Assembly: GCA_963701015.1 (NCBI GenBank) | Contig: OY969556.1 | Span: 3,500,424 to 3,564,423 of the forward strand | Source of the DNA: an uncultured Bacteroidota bacterium | Lineage (GTDB): Bacteria; Bacteroidota; Bacteroidia; Bacteroidales; DTGW01 | Direction: 5' to 3' | Length of the DNA stretch: 64,000 nt | Shown here: in pieces, positions 51,128 through 57,893 of the stretch | How the letters are laid out: every line of letters begins with the position of its first letter | Position numbering within the stretch: position 1 is the first letter of the stretch | Position numbers and translations under genes: made by a program | Notes under the pieces: model-generated | Databases searched by the model: none | What the model was told of the DNA's origin: nothing | Seen by the model: the letters and a program-made list of their open reading frames with translations, nothing else

Positions 51128-51415
51128 TTAACTACATTCAGGAAGACTAAGAAGATTATCCACAGTTGTATCGTCTGATGTAGTTCTAAGATATTTACGC
51201 CCATTATGTGTAGATATAAAGACATTTACATCTCTATTGCCTACCTTAACATGATAATTATAAATTCCTTGCTCGATGTGTCTTATACCCTCTTCTTCTG
51301 TTATTTTAATACGGTTGCCATAAGTTCCCCAATCACCTCCTATGTGTGTTATTCTTTGGTGTGAGTCCTGTCTTAAAGGTTTGTTGATACATTTAATCTG
51401 TCTAGAAGTTGCCAT
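51128..51415 (-). CDS. DUF3892 domain protein
   Basis: 95 aa. The pattern ITHIGG...W...I...I......Y.V......V.V......KYLRT..D....DNLLSLPEC matches DUF3892 as I remember it. Confidence 0.65.
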   Translation of the reverse strand: MATSRQIKCINKPLRQDSHQRITHIGGDWGTYGNRIKITEEEGIRHIEQGIYNYHVKVGNRDVNVFISTHNGRKYLRTTSDDTTVDNLLSLPECS

Positions 51416-51461
51416 AATATTAGATTTAAAGTTAATAAATAAAAATTAAGGTTTCAATTAC

Positions 51462-51614
51462 TTATTTAGATTTAGTTTTTTTACCTGGCCTTGTTTGCGC
51501 TAAGTCTGAGCCTGCAACAGATTTTTCTCTTTTTGTTGAATGAGGGTCTTTCAATATTTTAGCTGCTATGCTTGCAACTTTTTTTGAGGTCTGCTTTGAA
51601 TTTTTTTGTACCAT
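51462..51614 (-). CDS. possible small basic protein (50 aa), below the ORF-track cutoff
   Basis: Hand translation gives MVQKNSKQTSKKVASIAAKILKDPHSTKREKSVAGSDLAQTRPGKKTKSK. It lies 46 nt upstream of, and co-oriented with, the DUF3892 gene. Confidence 0.3.
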   Translation of the reverse strand: MVQKNSKQTSKKVASIAAKILKDPHSTKREKSVAGSDLAQTRPGKKTKSK

Positions 51615-51914
51615 AATTTTAAGTTTTAGTTAATTTAAAACGTTATTAAAATTAAATAATTATTACAGATTTAACAGCAATAATTAATCTAGTTTATGAA
51701 GTTAAAGAATAATTGTATTGTATATTTTATTAAATATTGTCCTAATAGTTTATCAAAAATTAAGCAATGATATCATGTAAGTGTCTATAATACAAATGTT
51801 TGAATTATTAACTTAAATTATTATAATATTTCATATAATATTTGTTTCTTTACATTGTGGTAAAACAATTTATTAACAATCTGCAAAGTCATCTTTTTAA
51901 AACAAAAAGAATAT

Positions 51915-51922
51915 TAATTTTG
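51915..51922 (+). promoter_or_regulatory. candidate -7 promoter box (TAnnTTTG) for the DUF4065 operon
   Basis: taattttg lies 50 nt upstream of the ATG at 51972. Confidence 0.4.
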
Positions 51923-51971
51923 CACATTTTTTGCAGTGTTCTCTTAAATTAATAAAGTAATATTTTTAATT

Positions 51972-52589
51972 ATGTTTAGAATATTACAAAATAATATTAT
52001 CGGGAATATCTTAATTTCTTTCGCTGAAAAAATTCCTTATCTTTCTTTAACAAAGGCTTTAAAACTTTTATATTTATTAGATGAGCATTCTGTTAAGGAA
52101 ATTGGCGTTCCTGTAACTTGGCTTGAATATAAAGTTTGGGAATTAGGTCCAGTTGCAGAAGATATCTATAATGAAATTAAATACAGCGAAAAAATTAGTA
52201 TTTATGGTAAAGTAACATCTTTAGATGAATTCATTACAATAAAGAAAGGGGCAAATAATGCTAAAAAAACCGAAGAGACTTATATTTTAGCTAAAAAAAC
52301 ATTTGATGAATCCGAATTTACAGAATATGAGTTAGAGTTAATAAACAGTATTATAGAAAAATATGGTAAACTTAATGCTAAAGAACTTGTAGATTTATTG
52401 CATAAAGAAAATACACTTTGGTCTAAAATTGTTAAAGAAAATAATCTGACAGAGCACTTCAAAAAATTTAATAGTAAATCAAATTATACAATTCCTTTTA
52501 GTAATTTAATTGATAATGAACTAAAGGAGATGGCTTATAATGCTGCTTTCGAATCGCTTGATTTTGAAAAAGAGTTAACTGCTAATTAA
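51972..52589 (+). CDS. Panacea (DUF4065) domain protein, SocA/PanA-type antitoxin candidate
   Basis: 205 aa. LTKALKLLYLLDEHSVKEIGVPVTWLEYKVWELGPVAEDIY fits the DUF4065 core (KLxYLxD...G.P....Y.aW..GPV). Confidence 0.7.
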   Translation: MFRILQNNIIGNILISFAEKIPYLSLTKALKLLYLLDEHSVKEIGVPVTWLEYKVWELGPVAEDIYNEIKYSEKISIYGKVTSLDEFITIKKGANNAKKTEETYILAKKTFDESEFTEYELELINSIIEKYGKLNAKELVDLLHKENTLWSKIVKENNLTEHFKKFNSKSNYTIPFSNLIDNELKEMAYNAAFESLDFEKELTAN

Positions 52590-52601
52590 AAGTATTTTAA
52601 A

Positions 52602-53075
52602 GTGCCTTCTCTATTTAAATTTGAGCCTGCTTCCATTTATAAAGTCAATAATTACGTATTTGATGATGATAATTCTGTTAGAGATAAATATCTGATTGTT
52701 TTACACATTAATCAAGATGAACTATATCTAATTAATACATTAACCACTACAAATAAAAGAACAGGAAAACAAGATGTATTTAATGGCTGTAATTCTCTGG
52801 ATGGTTTTCATTTTTATTTCTTTCAAGAAAAGCATGAAATAGGGAAAGAGAAATTCTTTTTTGATAAAGATACTTATATATTCTTCTATAAAAACATAAG
52901 AAAACAACCTATTAGTAAATATGATGAGCATATAAAAAATAGCAGTATAATGAAATTGGACTCATTAACTGATTATGAATATGGTAGATTATTGAAGTGT
53001 ATTTTAAAAACCAAACATATTACTCCCGATATAAAAAAAGAGTTGACAACAGTTAAGGAAGGTATTTCAAATTAG
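52602..53075 (+). CDS. hypothetical protein, candidate toxin partner of the DUF4065 protein
   Basis: 157 aa, GTG start 12 nt after the upstream stop. The N-terminal pattern (IYKVNNYVF...RDKYLIVLH...LINTLTT) is loosely MazF/PemK-barrel-like. No firm family. Confidence 0.4.
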   Translation: MPSLFKFEPASIYKVNNYVFDDDNSVRDKYLIVLHINQDELYLINTLTTTNKRTGKQDVFNGCNSLDGFHFYFFQEKHEIGKEKFFFDKDTYIFFYKNIRKQPISKYDEHIKNSSIMKLDSLTDYEYGRLLKCILKTKHITPDIKKELTTVKEGISN

Positions 53076-53953
53076 CATTACAAACTAAATTCATTCTATT
53101 TCTTATTCAAAACGATTAATTGGTATTTCTCATTATTCTATGTCAAGCATTACACCTGCCCTTATGTCTAATAAAATATAAAACAAAATTTATGGAAAAC
53201 ATCCCACAGGGCAAAAAACCCAGATGTTTGGCAAAATAAATTGTTAATATTTTAAAGGTATTTTACCAAACACCCCCTGTCTTTTTTGCCCCTCCACTCA
53301 GCCGTCCCTTCTGTAATTTTTTCTGTCATGCTTTTTGTATCAGCCCACATGCAGCACATTGCTTTTTCTCTAATTGTTTTAAAGCGGTATTAAAAAGCAA
53401 AGAGCTGCCCAACCCCACAAACAAAAAGACCCGCCAAAAAAAATTACCCCAAGCTATGTTTACATAATGTGCATTATATAACTGCCTATTTAAGCGGTAT
53501 AAATAACATGTTTTCGGCATTCATATAATGAACATTATGTACAAGGGCGTTGCCAAATAGCCACACGCCGACCCACGCCAGACACACACAGCCGGCACAT
53601 TGTATTTTGTTTTTTATCATGTTTATTTTTTAAGGTAAAAACAAAATCCAAAGAGCCGCCTGTCAGCCATTCCAATGGTGCAAGAGCTGTAAAAAAGCCA
53701 GCCACCACTCTAAATCCAACCTAAAATGTCTTTTTTTCAGCACTTGCATTCTCTTTAATCCACCAACAAACCCCGACCACCACCCCTATTAAAGTGGTGT
53801 AAACATCTATTTAAGCTATTGAAACGAGAATAACCCCGACAAGCTCCCTGCAAACTCGCAAACCCAGAGCCGGGGTTATTTCCCGTTCCAACAGCACATC
53901 ATTATCAACATTATAGTAAATTAGCCATCACTCAAACTAAGCGGCCACTATCT

Positions 53954-54025
53954 CGTTGCACACTTCACAAACTCTCCGTTGCACTTCGTTGTTTGCTTGT
54001 GTTCACTTCGTTACTGTCCACTTAC
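53954..54025 (+). repeat. iteron-like array: four CACTT(C/A) cores, two embedded in CGTTGCAC(AC)TTC and two in CACTTCGTT
   Basis: Cores at 53961-53966, 53982-53987, 54004-54009 and 54019-54024, spaced 21, 22 and 15 nt. Confidence 0.6.
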
Positions 54026-54227
54026 TTTTTACCCAATGCACAATGAATTAGGGTTACGCACATTAAGAAATAAGCGGTATTTACATATTAAAAAATAAAA
54101 AAGGGCAGCAAATTTAGGCTGGCTCACACATGCCCTCACTAAACAAAAAAGCAAGGAATTTCCGGCATAAACACAAGCCACTGCTTAAAAGCCCTCATTT
54201 ATTCCGTTCCTCCTTGCTTTTTTCCTA

Positions 54228-54268
54228 AAGCCAGCCAGTTCAATGGCTTTCTTTTTCTTTTTTTCTCG
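54228..54268 (+). terminator. intrinsic terminator at the end of the ORF-free block
   Basis: aaagcca (54228-54234) pairs with tggcttt (54244-54250) across a 9-nt loop, followed by ctttttctttttttctcgtttttt. Confidence 0.5.
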
Positions 54269-54379
54269 TTTTTTCTTTCTCTTTTGAAAAATGTATTTTA
54301 ATAATGAAGATATAAAGGTGCATTTTGAAGCAAATCTCAGCATAAGAACCATTTATATATAACTATAATATCATTAAAG

Positions 54380-54387
54380 TAATTTTG
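54380..54387 (+). promoter_or_regulatory. candidate -7 promoter box (TAnnTTTG) upstream of the DUF6266-like gene
   Basis: taattttg lies 115 nt upstream of the ATG at 54502. The 14-nt direct repeats at 54424-54459 lie between the box and the start codon. Confidence 0.3.
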
Positions 54388-54423
54388 ATAAGGATTTGAT
54401 AAACTGATGTATTAGGACTAAAA

Positions 54424-54459
54424 TATTACCAAGTCTATACCAAAGTATTACCAAATCTA
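54424..54459 (+). promoter_or_regulatory. two 14-nt direct repeats (TATTACCAA[G/A]TCTA) spaced 22 nt; candidate operator
   Basis: Copies at 54424-54437 and 54446-54459 with 13/14 identity, about 45 nt upstream of the ATG at 54502. Confidence 0.4.
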
Positions 54460-54501
54460 AGTTGTTTTAAAATAAAGTATAAACCTCAAAAATTTAAAAA
54501 G

Positions 54502-55143
54502 ATGGGTATAATAAAACAAGGTATTTTAGGTGGTGTTTCCGGCGGAGTCGGAACAGTCATTGGTGGTTCATGGAAAGGAATTGATTATGTTAGGTCACGT
54601 CCAAGCTCTGTTACAAATCCAAATTCAGACAAGCAACAAAGCCAGCGATCTAAATTCTCAACTGTAATAAGCTTTTTAAAGCCACTTACTGGCTTAGTAA
54701 CAGTCACTTTTAGAAACTATGCGATAGGTATGTCAGGCTTTAATGTGGCAATGTCTTATAATATCAAGAATGCAATAACCGGAACCTCTCCTGACTTCAC
54801 AATTGATTATACATTAGCCTTACTTAGTCAGGGCGATCTTTCAAAAGCCTTTAATCCTAAAGTTGCAGTTTCGGGAAGTAATACTATTGCATACACATGG
54901 GTAAACAATAGTGATGAAGGAAACGCCAATGAAGATGACCAGGCAATATTAATGGCATATTTTGAAAGCAATGGCCAAGCAGTCTATCAGTTTACAACCG
55001 TAAAAAGAACCGCTGCAACCGCTAATTTAAGCATTCCTGCAAGTTATACGGGATTAGTTGCAAAATGCTGGATAGCATTTCAAACAGCTGATGGTCTAGA
55101 CTTTTCAAATAGTATTTATGTTGGAGAAGTTACTATGGCTTAA
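54502..55143 (+). CDS. DUF6266-like protein
   Basis: 213 aa. The Gly-rich N-terminus GILGGVSGGVGTVIGGSWKGIDYVRSRP...NPNSDKQQSQRSKF resembles Bacteroidota DUF6266 family proteins from memory. Confidence 0.45.
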   Translation: MGIIKQGILGGVSGGVGTVIGGSWKGIDYVRSRPSSVTNPNSDKQQSQRSKFSTVISFLKPLTGLVTVTFRNYAIGMSGFNVAMSYNIKNAITGTSPDFTIDYTLALLSQGDLSKAFNPKVAVSGSNTIAYTWVNNSDEGNANEDDQAILMAYFESNGQAVYQFTTVKRTAATANLSIPASYTGLVAKCWIAFQTADGLDFSNSIYVGEVTMA

Positions 55144-55205
55144 TTAATTCGATTAGTTTATTATATTAAAATGCCATTCTTTAGGATGGTATTTTTTTTA
55201 TAATG

Positions 55206-55222
55206 TTGTGTGCAAATCGTGT
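55206..55222 (+). repeat. 17-bp subterminal direct repeat, copy 2 (ttgtgtgcaaatcgtgt)
   Basis: Identical to 36638-36654. Lies 54 nt inside attR. Confidence 0.8.
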
Positions 55223-55230
55223 GTAAATTT

Positions 55231-55267
55231 AAATAAAAGAGGGCTCCCATTTATGTGAAAGCCCTTT
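55231..55267 (-). terminator. hairpin plus T-run downstream (minus strand) of tRNA-Ala, on island-derived DNA
   Basis: agggct (55240-55245) pairs with agccct (55260-55265). The complement of aaataaaa gives a T-rich run on the minus strand. Confidence 0.4.
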
Positions 55268-55276
55268 ATTTGCGGG

Positions 55277-55321
55277 TGGAGAATATCGGAGTCGAACCGA
55301 TGACCTTTTGCATGCCATGCA
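55277..55321 (-). repeat. attR: 45-bp direct repeat forming the 3' part of the intact tRNA-Ala
   Basis: Identical to 36471-36515. Confidence 0.9.
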
Positions 55322-55350
55322 AACGCTCTAGCCAGCTGAGCTAATCCCCC
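55277..55350 (-). tRNA. tRNA-Ala (anticodon GGC)
   Basis: Hand-folded from the reverse complement. Acceptor GGGGGAT/ATTCTCC with the G3:U70 Ala identity pair, D stem GCTC/GAGC, anticodon stem TTTGC/GCAAA with loop ATGGCAT, T stem ATCGG/CCGAT with loop TTCGACT. 74 nt, no encoded CCA. Confidence 0.9.
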
Positions 55351-55547
55351 GTGAATTTTCAATGCGTCTGCAAAAATATAAAAAAACTTATATCATTTCT
55401 GATTTTGATAAAGAATTCCGCATATTTCTTAATAATTCTTAAATCCAAAGATTATTACAGCATTATACATATCAATCTGTATGGAATTTGTGTTTATCAT
55501 TGGAATAAATTATTCATTCAAAATTTTATAAATCTAATATCCATATC

Positions 55548-57884
55548 ATGCAAAAATTCCTGATACTAATCCTGCTCGGGTTTGGTTTTATTGAATCGTA
55601 TTCACAAGAAAAATACACAGTTAGCGGGTATGTAACAGATGCGAAAACAGGGGAAGCATTAATTGGAGCAACTGTTTTTATTAATGAATTAAAAGGTATT
55701 GGAATTACTTCCAATGATTATGGTTTCTATTCCATAACGGTTGCAAAAGGTAATTATACAATTACAGCCCAGTTTGTAGGATATGCGCCTTTATCACAAC
55801 CTTTAAAATTATCGCAAAATAGTAAAATAAATTTTGAACTTGGCGAAAATGTTACTGAATTAAATGAAGTGGTGGTTTCATCGGAGCGGCAAAAGCAGAA
55901 TGTTGAGAAACCTGAAATGGGTGTAAATAATTTAAGTATCAAGGAAATTAAAAGCATTCCGGCATTGTTTGGCGAAAGGGATGTTCTGAAGTCAATACAA
56001 TTATTACCGGGTGTATTGCCGGCCGGTGAAGGTAACAGTGGGTTTTTCGTCCGCGGTGGAAGTGCTGATCAGAACCTCATTCTATTGGATGAAGCTACAG
56101 TTTACAATGCATCGCATTTATTAGGTTTCTTTTCAGTTTTCAATCCCGATGCCGTTAAAGATGTTACTTTATACAAAGGTTCCATGCCTGCAGAATATGG
56201 CGGGCGTTTATCTTCGGTGCTTGCTATGACAATGAATGATGGCAATAGCAAAGAGTTTCACATAAATGGCGGAATTGGATTAATAGCTTCGCGTCTTACC
56301 GTTGAAGGTCCGATTGGGAAAGACGAAAAAGGCTCTTTCATAATTTCAGGTCGAAGGACTTATGCCGATATTGTAGCTCATGGTTTATATGATATTCATG
56401 TTATAAGGGATTCTTCAGTTAAATCAGCTACTTTGTATTTTTACGATTTAAATGCCAAAGCCAATTATAAAATTTCCGATAAGGATCATATTTACATGTC
56501 GGGTTATTTTGGCCAAGACGATTTAGGAATATACAATGGAGGAATAAATTGGGGAAACACAACTGGTACATTACGCTGGAATCATTTGTTTACCGATAAG
56601 TTATTTTCGAATACATCGTTAATATACAGCAACTATAATTATACAGTTAATAATGGCGATTCAAAGAATTCAATAAATATAGTTTCGCAAATTCAGGACT
56701 GGAACCTGAAAGAAGATTTTCAATTTTTCCCGAATAGTAAAAACCAGGTGAAATTTGGTTTCAATTCAATTTACCATACTTTTATACCAGGAACTGTAAA
56801 AGATACCAGTTCAAATATAACCAGGCCTACACTTCCTCATAAATATGCATGGGAAAATGCTGTATATTTTTCACATGAAATAAAAATGACACCCAAAATT
56901 AACTTCATATATGGGCTTCGGCTTTCTATGTTTACCTTAATGGGCCCCGGAACCTTCTATAAATATGATAACGAACAAAATATTATTGATTCAGCTAAAT
57001 ATGGTTCCGGGCAGGTTGTGAAAAATTATTTTGAACCCGAACCCCGTGCAGCATTAACCTATATATTGAATGATGTAAGCTCGGTAAAAGCTTCGTATGC
57101 AAGGAATACACAATACTTGCACTTGCTATCAAATTCAACTGTTGGTATGCCAACCGATTTATGGATTCCCAGCAGTAACAACGTTAAGCCGGAATTGGCC
57201 GACCAATATTCTGTTGGTTATTTTCGAAATTTTAGTGACAATGCTTTTGAATTTTCTACCGAGTTATATTATAAAAATATGTACAATCAAATTGATTATG
57301 TGAATGGTGCTATTTTAAACTTCAATTCCAATGTTGAATCGCAGTTAATTTATGGCAGCGGTCGCGCATATGGAATGGAATTATTTTTAAACAAAAAAGT
57401 AGGGAAGTTAACAGGTTGGGTGAGTTATACCTTATCAAAGTCCGAACGCAGTTTCACGGAAGTTAACAATGGTAGTTGGTATCCTGCAAAACAAGATAGG
57501 ACAAACGATATTTCAATTGTTGCTATATACGACATTTCGAAAAAATGGAATGTAGCTGCTACATGGGTTTATTATACAGGCAATGCAGTTACTTTCCCCA
57601 GCGGAAAATATGAAGTGGGCGGGATTGTTGCCAATTATTACACAAGCCGCAACGGATATAGGATGCCAGCATATCAAAGGCTCGATTTGGCAGCAACCTA
57701 TACCAACGAAAAGAAAGGTCGATACGAATCGAGCTGGACATTTTCGGTTTATAATGCCTATAATTACGACAATCCTTACATGATTACCTTTGGCCCAAGC
57801 AAAACCGACCCAAACAAAACGGTTGCCACCGAAACAACCTTGTTCAGGTTCATACCATCGGTAACGTATAACTTTAAATTTTAA
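55548..57884 (+). CDS. TonB-dependent receptor with N-terminal carboxypeptidase-regulatory-like domain
   Basis: 778 aa with signal peptide. CarboxypepD_reg-like start (YTVSGYVTDAKTGEALIGATV), plug region, and C-terminal beta-barrel ending in ...TYNFKF. Confidence 0.85.
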   Translation: MQKFLILILLGFGFIESYSQEKYTVSGYVTDAKTGEALIGATVFINELKGIGITSNDYGFYSITVAKGNYTITAQFVGYAPLSQPLKLSQNSKINFELGENVTELNEVVVSSERQKQNVEKPEMGVNNLSIKEIKSIPALFGERDVLKSIQLLPGVLPAGEGNSGFFVRGGSADQNLILLDEATVYNASHLLGFFSVFNPDAVKDVTLYKGSMPAEYGGRLSSVLAMTMNDGNSKEFHINGGIGLIASRLTVEGPIGKDEKGSFIISGRRTYADIVAHGLYDIHVIRDSSVKSATLYFYDLNAKANYKISDKDHIYMSGYFGQDDLGIYNGGINWGNTTGTLRWNHLFTDKLFSNTSLIYSNYNYTVNNGDSKNSINIVSQIQDWNLKEDFQFFPNSKNQVKFGFNSIYHTFIPGTVKDTSSNITRPTLPHKYAWENAVYFSHEIKMTPKINFIYGLRLSMFTLMGPGTFYKYDNEQNIIDSAKYGSGQVVKNYFEPEPRAALTYILNDVSSVKASYARNTQYLHLLSNSTVGMPTDLWIPSSNNVKPELADQYSVGYFRNFSDNAFEFSTELYYKNMYNQIDYVNGAILNFNSNVESQLIYGSGRAYGMELFLNKKVGKLTGWVSYTLSKSERSFTEVNNGSWYPAKQDRTNDISIVAIYDISKKWNVAATWVYYTGNAVTFPSGKYEVGGIVANYYTSRNGYRMPAYQRLDLAATYTNEKKGRYESSWTFSVYNAYNYDNPYMITFGPSKTDPNKTVATETTLFRFIPSVTYNFKF

Positions 57885-57893
57885 AATGTAATT

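Larger units (their letters stand above)
36471..55321. mobile_element. tRNA-Ala-integrated genomic island (about 18.8 kb) with tyrosine integrase and defence-type cargo
   Basis: Perfect 45-bp direct repeats derived from the tRNA 3' half, an integrase next to one repeat, excisionase-like HTH genes, and accessory cargo between housekeeping flanks. Confidence 0.85.

Noticed and set aside
50976-51131. 51-codon + strand ORF after the nuclease gene (MLKIKWFSKGNSYKGGWELN...), considered as a nuclease inhibitor.
   Set aside because: It is too short, has no resemblance to NuiA-type inhibitors, overlaps the stop of the convergent DUF3892 gene, and has no promoter-like box.
53326-53520. 64-aa minus-strand ORF, plus a hand-found 46-codon ORF just upstream of it on the minus strand, inside the ORF-free block.
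   Set aside because: The translations are hydrophobic and low-complexity. The apparent similarity between them (N-x-HY-x-N) is explained by the 20-bp inverted DNA repeat at 53461-53541, and there is no promoter-like box. They are kept as part of the non-coding-block finding rather than as CDS.
55351-55714. ORFs 55351-55563 (+) and 55526-55714 (-) next to tRNA-Ala.
   Set aside because: The first lies in the AT-rich promoter region of the TonB-receptor gene and gives an Ile/Leu/Lys-rich translation. The second is antisense to the receptor 5' end.
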